Shown here: positions 31,472 through 43,211 of the stretch, piece after piece
Layout of the letters: the number at the start of each line of letters is the position of its first letter
How positions within the stretch are numbered: the stretch's first letter is position 1
Origin: an uncultured Verrucomicrobiae bacterium
Lineage (GTDB): Bacteria > Verrucomicrobiota > Verrucomicrobiia > Limisphaerales > JAFGQR01
DNA: 64,000 nucleotides
Direction: 5' to 3'
NCBI GenBank assembly: GCA_963788655.1
Contig: CAWBHS010000110.1
Coordinates: 32,001 to 96,000 of the forward strand
The notes under the pieces: generated by a model
Databases searched by the model: none
Seen by the model: only the letters and a program-made list of their open reading frames with translations
What the model was told of the DNA's origin: nothing
Made by a program: the position numbers and the translations under genes

Positions 31472-31688
31472 TACTCAACCCCGTTGAAACCAGACCGTTT
31501 CGCTGCTGATTTCCGCAACCTTTTTTTCGAACCAAGCTCATCCAAATCTACCAAGAGTATTGACCGATCCTGTTTCAACCTCGTTACGCTGGCCTTGGAT
31601 TTTGGTCCTTCGGGCTCCGGACTTTTTCGCGTTGCGAGCTTCGGATTTCGGATTTGCTCCAAACGGCGGCTTGCGTCGAAACAATCCA

Positions 31689-32981
31689 TTACCTTCCCCC
31701 CGCCCATTTCGGCGGCGTCTTCAGGTGGAAGAGCATTTCACCGGCTTTGGGCACCAGCAGAATGCCTTCGTCCTCGCGGTTGGAATACGCGGCAGTCTTG
31801 ATGGTCTTCGGGTTCCGATAGCCCAGGTTGATTTTTCGGCAGACTTCCGCCGGTATTCCGGTGGCCAACGTGACTTCTGCGCGGCACTTCTCGGCGTCGA
31901 GTTCGTAGGTGCCAATGCCCCGGACGTGGGTGGAATGCGCCAACACGCCCCAGGGATGTTGTTTGAAGCGATCCCACTGCCGCAAAAAATAGTCACGGCA
32001 ATGGTAGCCGACTTCGAGGATGACTTTGCCGTGGGTAACGCACACTTCGGTGATGTGCGGCGCGTAGATGATCAATTCCCCGCCGTCCGCCAGTACGGGT
32101 TCGAGTTTGTACATGCACTTGCCGCCGGTCCACAGTTCGTCATACATCGTCGGCGCACAGGACAGGATGGTATGGAACGGCCGGTCTTTATACGTGATGT
32201 GCAATTGGCGGGAAAGCTCGCTAGCCGCGTCCCAGGCCGCTTCCGGCGTGCCGGCATACAGGCCCGCCAGTTCGGTGCCTTCGACCACCAGACAGAAACA
32301 AAGCTTCGGCATCGAGATCATGGCCCCTGCGCGGTCCACCACTTTGCGAACCGGCGTCCATTTGTTGCCGATGATCATCGGATTGGTCACCACCGCGCCG
32401 AGCCAATGGAAGAAGTTCAGAATGCGCGGTCCGGCGACCCCCGGGAACAGGTATTTGTTGCCGCCAGAGAACCCGACCACTTCGTGCGGGAACACCGGTC
32501 CGACGATGATGATTTGGTCGTAATCAAACAGCAGCTTGTTGATCTCGACCGGCACGTCCATGGCGAACAAACCGTTGGTCAACTGGCTGATTTCGTCGGC
32601 GGGAATGGTGCCGACCTCCCGCAACGCCTCCGGATTGTCCCAATCGTGATTGTGAAACTGGACCTTGGGATATTTCTCGCGGCGCTCCGCCGGACTGAGT
32701 TCCAGTCGCTCGCAAATCGCTGCTTCACTCATCGGCTGATGGGTGCCCAGCGCAATCAGCACATCCAACTGGCGGGTCACGGCCCCAATCTGCGCGTGCA
32801 ACGTTTTGAACATGGCGCCGATGGGCGCGGTGCGGGTGCCATCAGGCACAATGAGCAAGACGCGCTGTCCGCGGTAGCTTTCCGTCGGGCAGGCGCGCGC
32901 GATGACGTCGGTGATTTGTTCCGGCGTGACGCGGCGATTGTCCGGCGCCACGAAGGTCAATGGTTGATGATCAGCGGTCAT
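31689..32981 (-). CDS. LarA-superfamily (lactate racemase domain) epimerase
   Basis: IVPDGTR, ALGTH, PHEVVGFSGGNK, FFHW, GGKCMYK. Confidence 0.85.
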   Translation of the reverse strand: MTADHQPLTFVAPDNRRVTPEQITDVIARACPTESYRGQRVLLIVPDGTRTAPIGAMFKTLHAQIGAVTRQLDVLIALGTHQPMSEAAICERLELSPAERREKYPKVQFHNHDWDNPEALREVGTIPADEISQLTNGLFAMDVPVEINKLLFDYDQIIIVGPVFPHEVVGFSGGNKYLFPGVAGPRILNFFHWLGAVVTNPMIIGNKWTPVRKVVDRAGAMISMPKLCFCLVVEGTELAGLYAGTPEAAWDAASELSRQLHITYKDRPFHTILSCAPTMYDELWTGGKCMYKLEPVLADGGELIIYAPHITEVCVTHGKVILEVGYHCRDYFLRQWDRFKQHPWGVLAHSTHVRGIGTYELDAEKCRAEVTLATGIPAEVCRKINLGYRNPKTIKTAAYSNREDEGILLVPKAGEMLFHLKTPPKWAGGR

Positions 32982-33013
32982 GGAGCGTTACGAATCGGCC
33001 GGCAGTGCGTTCA

Positions 33014-33823
33014 CTAAATTGTCTGCGCCAGAAATCCGCCGTCCACCCGGATGTCGGCGCCAGTCACGAAACTGCTGGCCCGGTCACTGGCGAGGAAAAT
33101 GGCCGCGCCGATCAGTTCGTGCGCTTCGCCGAAACGGTTCATCGGCGTGTGGCCCCAGACCGATTTGGTACGGTCGTTCGGGGAACCGTCTTCGTTGAAC
33201 AGCAGCTTGCGGTTCTGGCCCGCCGGAAAGAAACCGGGCGTGATCGAGTTGACGCGCACGCCTTTGGGCGCCCATTCGCGCGCCAGGAAGCGCGTCAGGC
33301 TTAGCACGGCGGCTTTTGCGGCCGAATACGACACCACCCGCGACAACGGGATATGAGCCGACACGCTGGCAATGTTGATGATGCTGCCTTTGCCGCGCGC
33401 GGCCATGCCGGGACCAAACACCTGGCAGGGCAAATACGCACCACCCAGCAGATTCAGATCAAAGTTCCGATGCCAATTGTCGAGGGGAATGTTTTCGAAG
33501 GGATTGTCGGCGGTGACGGTGGTTTTGGGATCGTTCCCGCCGGCGGCATTCAGCAGAATGGTGGGAGCCCCCAGGGCTTTTTCAATCGCCTGAGCCGCAT
33601 CCTTCATACTGGCCGGTTCCACCGCATTAGCCTGGAACGCCTGGGCAACGCCCTGCGCGTCGCGAATCGCCTTGGCCCGGGCCTCGGCCGCGTCGGCAAC
33701 GAAATCCACCACGGCGACTTTGGCGCCGGCTTCGGCAAAACCGCTGGCAATCGCTCCGCCCAACACGCCGCCGGCACCAATTACGACGGCCACTTCACCC
33801 GCAAGATCAAAAAGGTTTGTCAT
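33014..33823 (-). CDS. SDR oxidoreductase, D-mannonate oxidoreductase (UxuB)-like
   Basis: GAGGVLG, NAAGGN, PLSRVVSYSAAK, RVNSITPGFFPAGQNRKLL, HTPMNRFG. Confidence 0.85.
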   Translation of the reverse strand: MTNLFDLAGEVAVVIGAGGVLGGAIASGFAEAGAKVAVVDFVADAAEARAKAIRDAQGVAQAFQANAVEPASMKDAAQAIEKALGAPTILLNAAGGNDPKTTVTADNPFENIPLDNWHRNFDLNLLGGAYLPCQVFGPGMAARGKGSIINIASVSAHIPLSRVVSYSAAKAAVLSLTRFLAREWAPKGVRVNSITPGFFPAGQNRKLLFNEDGSPNDRTKSVWGHTPMNRFGEAHELIGAAIFLASDRASSFVTGADIRVDGGFLAQTI

Positions 33824-33888
33824 AGATTCATGACACTATGCGACATGCTGGCAGGCGGGTGAAGTGAAAAGTAGCGTGGGCATGCTTG

Positions 33889-33997
33889 CGAAAGCGCCGG
33901 CAAGCCGGGCGCACTCCAAACGCTGGCGCGGCGTTGCGGCTGGCGTTGCCAAACCTCGCGCAGCGTTTGGAGTGCGGGGAGCTTGCTCCCGCTTTCG
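33889..33997. repeat. REP-B doublet
   Basis: aaagcgccggcaagccgggcgcactccaaacgct ... agcgtttggagtgcggggagcttgctcccgcttt. Confidence 0.85.
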
Positions 33998-34147
33998 GTT
34001 CACGCAGGGCACGCAGGAACAATTACAGTGTGCGCCGTCAACTGGCCCGCCGCAGTCGCCGCCAGGCGTAGCGCAGATTTCCAATCGGCAGGGCGTCCGC
34101 AACTCCGGACGCGTCGGGAATTGCCAACATCCAGAGGATTGCACGCC

Positions 34148-34885
34148 CTACTTCGACGGGTGTTTGAAGAACGAAGTCGGCTTGGTTTTGACCGAGGGTC
34201 CCCAGATGCGGATGTTGTCCACCATGCCAGTGTCATCGAATGATCCAAAGCCAATGTAACCGGAGATAAAGTGTTTATCCGTGGCTTCCATAATGGGCGT
34301 GTTCATGTCATCGAAATAGACCTTGATCGCCCCGTCCGCGGTGTTGCGCGTTAACCGGACATGGTGCCAGACATCGTGGCCCCAATCGATGCCCTTGGTC
34401 GTCTTCGTGGCAAACTTGATGCGGTCCGCCGCGTTCACGATGAATACATTGTGCGCGTGCGGATCGGCGGCGGTGGCCATGTGGACATAATAGAAATGCG
34501 CCGGATCCTGGACCTCGAAGAACAGGCACATGTCGCGATGGCCATAATCGCGGCCGGTTTGCTTGAGACTAACGTCCAGCACAAAGTCGCCAAACACCTT
34601 GTCGGCGATCAAGGCGATGTTCACCGGCGAACGGTGCGGCGGTTTGTATTGGCTCTGCTTGGCCAACTCCAGCGCCGCGGTTTTTTCGTCGTGGGCTAAC
34701 TTCCAGGCCGCTGGATCGGTGAAGACGAAATCCTTGAGCGCCGAAGCGCCGTTGAAATCCTGCTGGTAAAGCAGTTGATAATTGTCCGGTACACCGGCGG
34801 GTTTGTCGGCGGCGTGTGCGTTGGTGTTGGCGACCGTCAAGCAGCCGACCGCTGTGAGCACAGAGAGATAAATTGAGATCTTCAT
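34148..34885 (-). CDS. Secreted beta-sandwich (DUF1080/lectin-like) protein
   Basis: Signal peptide; WHHVRLTR, IKVYFDD, GYIGFGSFDDTGMVDNIRIW. Confidence 0.65.
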   Translation of the reverse strand: MKISIYLSVLTAVGCLTVANTNAHAADKPAGVPDNYQLLYQQDFNGASALKDFVFTDPAAWKLAHDEKTAALELAKQSQYKPPHRSPVNIALIADKVFGDFVLDVSLKQTGRDYGHRDMCLFFEVQDPAHFYYVHMATAADPHAHNVFIVNAADRIKFATKTTKGIDWGHDVWHHVRLTRNTADGAIKVYFDDMNTPIMEATDKHFISGYIGFGSFDDTGMVDNIRIWGPSVKTKPTSFFKHPSK

Positions 34886-35001
34886 TTCAGGGGATTCGAT
34901 GGTTTCAAGTTTGGTTCAGCCGGAGGTGATTCAAACGATGCCTTGTTGATTGTCATGCGAACGATGGTGTGTTCCGGATGACCTCGCAACATGCCTTTCG
35001 C

Positions 35002-35982
35002 TTACTGCCCCGCCCATTGCTGGTAATGCTCGGCGACTTTGGCTTCCTGCTCGTTTCCTTCGTGCAGGTAGAATCGGTATTTGAAAGTCGCGCTCTGGCC
35101 GGCTGGAATCTTGAAGTCGCCCGTGCCGCTGGGCTTGCCTTCAAAGTAGTGAACGCCAAATGGATTGGCGGCGAACAGTCCATAATCGCGCACGTGCCAC
35201 CACGTGGGATGCCGGGGGTTTTGCGGATGATCGAAGATCGCGATGCCGACCGTCTTGCCGTTGACCGGCCCGTAATAATCACACCAGGCCGCCCGTTTGC
35301 CCCAGGTTTTATTGTCGCGCACGCCGGTGCTTTGGACGATGTGGCCCTGGCCGGGCTTTTTGTCGATCCCCAGCAGACGCATGCTCGACGCCACGCGCAT
35401 CGCCATCGAGCCTTCCTTGGTGTCGCCCAGTACCAGGTCCTTGTCGCCGGCGTGGTAGGTGATCTCGAAGTCGAATAGCCGCTCGTTGGCGGGACGCGCA
35501 TACACGCGGAAGGTGCGTTCATCAGTGCAAACCACCGTGCCGTCCGGCGCAACCCATTTGTTGGCGGACCGGATCACTCCCGATTCCTTGCCGGATTTGA
35601 TTTCGAGGAATTTGTCATGAAAGATTTTCCCGGCTTTGGCGCTTTCGGACCAGAAATCGACGCCGTTGACTTCGCCGTGCGAATACCACAGGGAACGATG
35701 GTGCGGATGATCGTGGGCCTCACCTTTCGAGTCCTTGTCCATCGGATAATTGCGCGTCATCGGCAGCTCGTCCGGCCCGATGACCGGATAGAAATAAACG
35801 TGGGGCGCGCCGGTGAAATGGTATTCGGTAAACAGGTCGCCATTGATTTCCACCCGCAATTTACCCGGTTGCTCGGTGATGGTGACGCCGTCAGCCGCAC
35901 GCGCCGTGCTGGAAAAGCCCAACGTCAGTCCTGCCAGCAACGCCAGGCTTGCCGGCCCAAAGAAGAAATAGTTTCGGGACAT
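35002..35982 (-). CDS. PmoA-like family secreted protein
   Basis: Signal peptide; DHPHHRSLW, DTKEG, IAIFDHPQNPRHPTWWHVRDYGLFAANPFG. Confidence 0.75.
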   Translation of the reverse strand: MSRNYFFFGPASLALLAGLTLGFSSTARAADGVTITEQPGKLRVEINGDLFTEYHFTGAPHVYFYPVIGPDELPMTRNYPMDKDSKGEAHDHPHHRSLWYSHGEVNGVDFWSESAKAGKIFHDKFLEIKSGKESGVIRSANKWVAPDGTVVCTDERTFRVYARPANERLFDFEITYHAGDKDLVLGDTKEGSMAMRVASSMRLLGIDKKPGQGHIVQSTGVRDNKTWGKRAAWCDYYGPVNGKTVGIAIFDHPQNPRHPTWWHVRDYGLFAANPFGVHYFEGKPSGTGDFKIPAGQSATFKYRFYLHEGNEQEAKVAEHYQQWAGQ

Positions 35983-36079
35983 AACTTAGAGCCTAAGACG
36001 CGCCCCCGCCCGGTCAAATTCAAAATTCGAGCCGGAGCGCGGATGCCTTCATCCGCGTGTTCTTAGCCGTGACTATTCA

Positions 36080-36212
36080 GTAGGACAGGCGTCCCGCCTG
36101 TCCCGAACGAGTGCAAACCACCAACTTGTATCATGGCGCCGCGAGTCTTTCTATGTCACCAAACGGTGAGGATGCCTTGGACTATTCGAGACAGGCGAGA
36201 CGCCTGTCCTAC
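36080..36212. repeat. GTAG-type REP doublet (family D)
   Basis: GTAGGACAGGCGTCCCGCCTGTCCCGAA ... TTCGAGACAGGCGAGACGCCTGTCCTAC. Confidence 0.85.
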
Positions 36213-36345
36213 CACGCCGAACTGCCTCATCGCAGCACCAGCCACTGAATTGATACGGCTTAGCCGATTGATCGTGCGCATGAAGGCCTCCGTGCTCCGC
36301 AGCGATGGCGAGTGCCGCTTGCTGCGCCGATACCAAAGCGCCCTC

Positions 36346-37447
36346 CTACCGTCGCCAATTCTCCACCTGGAGGGTGAAGTTGACCGGGAACTCCAGTTGC
36401 CCGTTCCAGATCGATTTGAAGGTCGGGTCGTAATCGGCGCCTTCCGGCCAGGCGCGCAGAATCCAGGTTCCCGAATAATCGCCCGACTGGGTGAGCGGGA
36501 TGTCTTGAAATGCTTCGATAAAGTTGCCGTGAGTGCCCGCCAACATCCGCTGGGCTTCCGATGGCCGCTGTTTGGGGATGAACTCCTCCCCCGCGGCGTT
36601 ACGAAACACTCGCTGAAACGCGACATTGGCAGGCAGGTTGGTGTAGGCGATGCACAAGGAGCCCGAACAGCGAAAGTCGTTGGAGCCGATCCGATAGGTG
36701 CAGGTAGCGGGTACGCTGGGTCGCTGGGTGAAGGCGGCTTTCATGGCTTGGTCCAGTTGGGGATTGGATTGCAGGGCGATTTGTTCTGCTTGGTCCGCCT
36801 CGACGATCAGCACTTCAATTGGCACGTCGAAGCTGCAGCGGTACAGTGGAGGATCGCCAGGGTAGGTACTTACTGGTTGTTACCAACCGCGGCAGAATGT
36901 TCCAGGGAAAAGGGCGTCTGGAGTTCCACGACCAGTATTTGCTGGTGATTCGCTCCGGAAATAACGAATAGGAATAACTCGAGATAATCTGGCATTTGCC
37001 GGGCTTCTTCGATGGCATTGAGAACAACTCCGGAGCAGCATTCAGAGAGTTGAACCCGGCGCCGGACATGCCGCCCAGATTGTCTCCGTCGGCGGCCTGC
37101 TTGTGAGTTTTTTTCTTGATCCGCGCATGCGCGAAGCTAACGGGGTATGGGAGTTTCAACTCCACGACCGGACTTTGACCCGCAGGGTAAGCTGCCCGTT
37201 TCACCACCTGAGGCCGGGCCAAGGCCGCCAGAATCCTGCCGCCCAATTCCGGTGACACCCGTTGTTCGTCCAGCAGGCGCACAAGTTCCTTGGCCTGGGC
37301 CTCGGACGGGGAGCTTTCAAACTGCGCCAGTTGGTTGGCGTAATGATGTTCCTGCCAGATAGGAAGCACCCACCACAAGAAGCCGACGCCCAAGAACAAC
37401 ACTCCGCCCGTGACCAAGGTAATTCGTATAATGCTTCGCAATCTCAT
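36346..37447 (-). CDS. Membrane-anchored hypothetical protein (probable frameshift near 36840)
   Basis: ORFs 36815-37492 and 36346-36825 overlap end to start; N-terminal TM helix. Confidence 0.5.
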
Positions 37448-37507
37448 GGCTTGTCTCGCGGGCAGACTGCGATAAAACCTTATCCCTGGCAAGTCGCACT
37501 TTGGTCA

Positions 37508-37608
37508 AAAGCGGGAGCAAGCTCCACGCACTCCAAACGCTTCGCGAGGTTCGCTGCCCTTTCAAGGTCGCGCCCGCGTTTGGAGTGCGCCCGGCTTGGT
37601 GGCCCTTT
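37508..37608. repeat. REP-B doublet
   Basis: aaagcgggagcaagctccacgcactccaaacgc ... gcgtttggagtgcgcccggcttggtggcccttt. Confidence 0.8.
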
Positions 37609-38083
37609 CGAATCGGCACGGAGTTCAAAACGCGCAGGACGCCGCCAGTAAGGCAATCCCCTTCCCTGCCCGCCGCGAGCAACCCGCGTTCTCCCGACCC
37701 GGCGGGACTCGGACCGAGCCCTGCCAGCATAAGCTCACGACGTGGCCGCAAGTTGAACCATCTGACTTTGACCGCACAGCTTAAACGCTCACCGCAAGTT
37801 CCCGCTTGATTGTCCGGGGACGGTGTTTCAGGTTGGGAGGCAGGCCGGACGCCAACGCATTGGTTTTGACTGGTTCGCGTTCTGATCTCTGCACGTTGGA
37901 ACCTCCTCAAGTAGGCTCCAACACGATTGAAGGACAATTGATGCGCAATTTCGAATTTCTGACCGTCGTCAGCCCCCTGGCCGTTTGGGTCGTGGCGCTG
38001 GCTGACCGGGCTTGCTTTGAAAAACAATCCCCTTCCTGGCCATCTGAAAGCGCGGGGCAGTCTTATGAGTCCACGCGAACGCT

Positions 38084-39086
38084 GTGAAGAAAATCCTTCT
38101 TAGTTTTATCATAGTCGGAGCCGTGGCGGCGGGCCTCATTTTCGCCTACCGGGAAATGAGCCAGGAACGGGAAAGCGAAGCTGAGAGCGAAGCGCCGGTC
38201 AGCGCGCCTTCTCGCGTCAAGCGCACTGCGGAGGGCCAGGTGATCATCACCCTCGAGGCGCCAACGCAAAAGCTCATCCAGTTGCAGGTCGCGCCGGCGG
38301 TCGCTACCACGCTGCCCCGGGAAGTCCGCGGTTACGGTCAAGTGCTGGACCCCGCGCCTATGGCCAGCCGGCTGGTGGACATTGCCTCGGCCCGCGCCGC
38401 GTTGGAAACTTCGACCAAGGAACTGAAACGGTTGGAGACGTTGACGCAGCAGCAGAACGCTTCCGTACGCGCCTTGGAAACCGCCGAAGCTTCCGTCAAG
38501 CGGGACCAACTTGCCCTCGAAGCCGGCCAGTTACTACTCGTCGCTGCGTGGGGCAAGGCCGTGGCCGACCAATCCGACCTAACGGAACTTGTCAAATCGC
38601 TGGCCACCCACGAGGCGGCTCTGGTCCGACTTAACGTGCCGGCGGGAACGCTGGTGGACGCCACGCCCAAGGGCGGTCGGGTGACGATGGCGAACGACAC
38701 CAATTCTCTTTTCGGCCCGATACCTTGGGCCGTCCGCCACTATCGATTTGGCCGCACAAGGCCAGGGCTTCCTGTTGCTCGTGACCAACGCCCCGGCCGG
38801 ACTTGCCCCGGGCTTGGCGGTGTTCGGTTTTCTGGAATTTCCCGGCAAACCATTGTCGGGCGTTACCGTGCCGGAGTCCGCGGTGGTTCGCTCGGCCAAC
38901 CAGGCGTTTGTGTATGTGCAGGCCGATGACACGACGTTCGCCCGGCGCGAGATCAATCTGGTGCATCCGGTGACGGGAGGATGGTTCGTGACTTCCGGGT
39001 TAAACCCCGGTGACAAACTGGTGGTGCAAGGGGCGCAGACGTTGTTGTCCGAGGAAATGAAGTCGCAAATTCACCTGGTGGACTGA
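38084..39086 (+). CDS. RND efflux periplasmic adaptor subunit (frameshift near 38710-38745)
   Basis: N-terminal TM, helical hairpin, VPESAVV...GLNPGDKLVVQGAQTLLSEE; directly upstream of the RND permease. Confidence 0.85.
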
Positions 39087-39091
39087 TCGTC

Positions 39092-42000
39092 GTGCTCAAT
39101 CGCATCGTCCATTTCTCGCTGCGCTTCCGAGCCGTCATCATCGCCTTGGCTTGTGTGCTCCTCGGCTATGGGATTTTCGTGACCACCCGCGTGCGGCTCG
39201 ATGTGTTCCCGGAGTTCGCCCCGCCGCTGGTCGTGGTGCAGACGGAAGCGCCGGGCTTGTCGTCCGAAGCAGTTGAACAACTGGTGACGCGCCCAATTGA
39301 AACCACCCTCAATGGCGCGCCCGAGCTCGAATCGATCCGGTCGCAGAGCATTCAGGGCCTGTCGATTATCACGCTGATTTTCAAAGATGGTGCCGACATC
39401 TTTCGCGTGCGCCAAATGGTCGGCGAGCGGCTTACCGAAGTATCCGGCGACCTGCCCCAAGGCGTGGGCGCGCCCAAGATGGGACCGCTCACTTCGTCCA
39501 CCAGTCTGACGCTCGTGTTGGGATTGACCTCGACCAACCGCACGCCGATGGAATTGCGGACGTTTGCGGATTGGACATTGCGTCCCCGGCTGCTCAGCGT
39601 GCCGGGCGTCGCCAAGGTGGACATCTTCGGCGGCGACATCCGGCAACTCCAGATCCAGGTCAAACCCGAACGGCTCATTGCGTATGGCCTTGCCCTCGAC
39701 GAGGTGTTGGTGGCCGCCCGCAAGGCCACTGCCATTCGCGGCGCCGGGTTTGTGGAGAATGCCAATCAGCGGATCATCATTCACACCGAAGGCCAGGCCC
39801 TGACTCCGGCGCAACTGGGTGAAGTGGTGCTGGTCCCGCGTGCAGGGTTGAGCGTCCGGCTCCGCGACGTGGCGGACGTGGTGCCGGGCCCGGAGCCGAA
39901 ATTTGGCGACGCCCAAATCAATGGCACCCAGGGTGTGGTCTTTCTGATTTACGCCCAGTATCAGGCCAACACGCTGGAGGTGACCCATGCCTTGGATGCC
40001 GCGCTGGCCGACATGGCGCCGGTGTTTGCCGCGGAACAAATTCATACCGATCCGACTTTGTTCCGGCCGGCCACGTTCATTGAGACGTCACTTCACAACG
40101 TGAACAAATCGCTGCTGATCGGCGGGGGGCTGGTGGCCATCGTGTTGTTGCTCTTCCTGCTGGACCTGCGGATCGCTTTCATCTCCTTTGTGTCGATTCC
40201 GCTGTCGCTGCTGGCGGCGGTTATCGTGCTCGATTGGGCGGGTATTTCCATCAACACCATCACCCTGGGTGGCTTCGCGATCGCGATTGGCGTGGTGGTG
40301 GATGATGCCATCATCGACGTGGAAAACATCCTGCGCCGGTTGCGGGAGAATTCGACGAGAGCGCAGCCGCGTTCGCTGTTTGCGGTGGTGCTCGACGCCT
40401 CGCTCGAAGTGCGGAGCGCGGTGGTGTATGCCACGTTCATTGTGGCGCTGGTATTTGTGCCGGTGCTGACGATGAGCGGCGTGCAAGGGCGATTGTTTGC
40501 GCCGTTGGGCGTCTCCTTCATCCTGGCCACGTTCGCGTCGCTGCTGGTGGCGCTGACGCTCACGCCGGCGCTGAGTTACCTGCTGCTGTCAAAGATGCGT
40601 CCGCACGAGGAACCGCGGCACGTGCGCTGGCTCAAGGAACGGCACCGGCAATGGCTCGAGTCCGTGGGCCGCCATCCGCGCATGGTGCATCGGCGTTGGT
40701 GCTGGTGGTGTGCCTGGCTTCGGCGGCGACGCTGCGTTACTTCGGCGGCGAGTTTTTGCCCGAGTTTCGCGAAGGCCATTACGTGTTGCACATGGCGGCG
40801 GTGCCCGGAACGTCCCTGGCAGAATCCATCCGGCTGGGCAAGTTGGTGTCGAGAGAACTGTTGAAGAATCCGCACATCCGTTCGGTGTCCCAGGAAGCCG
40901 GGCGCGCCGAAAACGGCGAAGATCCGTGGGGCCCGCACTACAGCGAATTGCACGTCGATTTGAATCGGCTTGCGGGCGAGGAAGAGGAGGCGGTCACCGG
41001 TGAGATTCGCGAGACCCTGGTTAAGTTTCCCGGGCTGTCGTTCAAGGTCATGCCGTTCCTGGTCGAGCGCATGGAGGAAACCATCTCCGGCACCACGGCG
41101 GAGTTTGTCGTCAATTTGTTCGGTGAAAATCTCGACACTTTGGACCGCAAGGCCGAGGAAGTCCGGCAAGTCCTGGCCCGCGTGCGGGGCGCGGTGGACG
41201 TGACGCTCGAGGCCCAACCCGGCTTGCCGGAAATGGCGGTGCGCCTGCGGCCGGAACGGTTGTTGCAATACGGATTCCAGCCGGTGGACGTGCTGGACGC
41301 GATCCAGACGGCCTACCAGGGCACCATCGTGTCGCAAATCTACGAGGGTAATCGCGTCTTCGAGGTGGCGGTCATCCTGAACGAAGCCGCGCGCCGGGCA
41401 CCGGAGTCCATCGGTTCGCTCGAACTGCGCAACGCGCAGGGAACCCGGGTGCCGATGCGGCAGTTGGCGGACATTCAGCCGACCGGCGGACGGTACGTGG
41501 TGCTGCACGATGACGCGCAACGGCGCCAACAAGTCACCTGCAACGTCCAGGGACGCGACGTGGCTTCGTTTGCGGCCCAGGCCAAAAAACAGGTGCGGTC
41601 GAAAGTGTCGTTGCCGCCCGGAATGTTTGCCGTGTACACCGGCGCGGCGGAAGCGCAGGCCCGCACGCAGCGTGAGTTGCTGGTGCATTCGCTGTTGGCG
41701 GGCGCGGGAATTTGCTCTGCTGCTGGCCATTGTGTTCCGCAGCGGACGGAGCCTGCTGTTGGTGCTGGTCAACCTACCGTTTGCCCTCGTCGGCGGCGTG
41801 TTGGCGGTGTTTGCGACCGGCGGCTTGCTGAGCATCGGTTCGTTGGTCGGATTTGTGACGCTGTTCGGCATCACCACCCGCAACTCGATTCTGATGATTT
41901 CCCACTTCGAACACCTGGTCCACGAAGAAGGCTTCGCCTGGGGATTGGATACCGCGATTCGGGGCGCATCGGAACGGTTGCTCCCGATCTTGATGACCGC

Positions 42001-42202
42001 GCTGGTCACGGCGCTGGGCCTGTTACCGCTGGCCATTGGCACCGGCGAAGCCGGCCGCGAAATCGAAGGCCCGATGGCGATTGTGATTCTCGGCGGCTTG
42101 GTGACTTCCACCGTGCTGAACTTGCTGGTGCTGCCCACGCTGGCGTTGCGATACGGACGGTTTGCCAAAGAACAACAAGAGGAAATGGCGCCGGCGAAGT
42201 GA
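39092..42202 (+). CDS. RND efflux permease, CusA/CzcA family (frameshifts near 40690 and 41715)
   Basis: DVFPEF...TEAPG...VEQLVT, GVVVDDAIIDVEN, GGEFLPEFREG, ERLLPILMTAL, GGLVTST. Confidence 0.92.
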
Positions 42203-42212
42203 GCGCGAGACG

Positions 42213-42360
42213 TCGCGCCAGCGTTTGGACTGCGTCCGGCTTGCCGGCGCTTTCGCGTGGAACGGCGGAAACGAATTCTGACGCCGGTTGGTTTCTATTG
42301 GCAGAACCTCCATCGAACGAAAGCGGGAGCAAGCTCCGCGCACTCCAAGCGCTGGCGCGA
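42213..42360. repeat. REP-B doublet (opposite arrangement)
   Basis: cgcgccagcgtttggactgcgtccggcttgccggcgcttt ... aaagcgggagcaagctccgcgcactccaagcgctggcgcg. Confidence 0.8.
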
Positions 42361-42552
42361 CTCTCAAGCGGCCAATGAAACGCCGATCATGCCAACCCTA
42401 CGCGAGCATCTTGCCTGCTTCGAGCTTCCCACGGCCGTCCAATTCTGCGCGGAATACTCAGTGCCAACGAAGCGGCTTGGGCCATTCGGAACAGCCGGGA
42501 CGGCTGTCCTACGGGAGCGAATCACGTCGTTGGGGGGAAGATCCCATCGCAC

Positions 42553-43200
42553 CCGCCGTTCCCGTTCGTTTCTGCCGGCGGGACGCCCGCAGCACGTTGT
42601 CAGCGTGCTGTCGGCATCTTGCCGGCAGACCGGATACAAAAATGCGCTCCGAATCGAACCGGACCTTCGGACCCAGCGTTCCCGTTCGTCTCTGCCGGCG
42701 GGACGCCAGCAGCACGTTGCCAGCGTGCTGTCGGCATCTTGCCGGCAGGCCGGATACAAAGATGCGCTCCGAATTGAACCGGACCTTCGGACCCGCCGTT
42801 CACGTTTGCTTCTGCCGGCGGGACGCCCGCAGCACGTTGCCAGCGTGCTGTCGGCATCTTGCCGACAGGCCGGATACAAGAATGCGCTTCGAATTGAACC
42901 GGACCTTCGGACCCACCGTTCCCGTTCGATTCTGCCGGCGGGACGCCAGCAGCACGTTGCCAGCGTGCTGTCGGCATCTTGCCGGCAGGCCGGATACAAG
43001 AATGCGCTCCGAATTGAACCGGACCTTCGGACCCGCCGTTCACATTCGTTTCTACCGGCGGGACGCCGACAGCACGTTGCCAGCGTGCTGCCGGCATCTT
43101 GCCGGCAGGCCGGATACAAAGATGCGCTCCGAATCGAACCGGAACTTCGGACCCGCCGTTCCCGTTCGTTTCTGCCGGCGGGACGCCCGCAGCACGTTGC
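42553..43200. repeat. Array of five REP-A doublets plus a half unit, 120-bp period
   Basis: Units start at 42601, 42721, 42841, 42961 and 43081 with cagcgtgctg. Confidence 0.95.
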
Positions 43201-43211
43201 GCTACAAACGG

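Noticed and set aside
22963..33017. Long antisense ORFs (22963-24405, 26844-28124, 31560-33017) and similar ones elsewhere
   Set aside because: Shadows of real opposite-strand genes in GC-rich DNA.
34068..34151. Additional REP doublet starting GTAGCGCAGATTTCCAATCGGC
   Set aside because: The partner arm is too degenerate and no second copy is in the window.
35002..35982. Particulate methane monooxygenase subunit
   Set aside because: Soluble secreted protein without multiple TM helices; no pmoB/pmoC; the family name is misleading.
42553..43200. CRISPR array (also considered for 16800-17290)
   Set aside because: Spacers are near-identical, units are 120-123 bp inverted REP pairs, and there are no cas genes.
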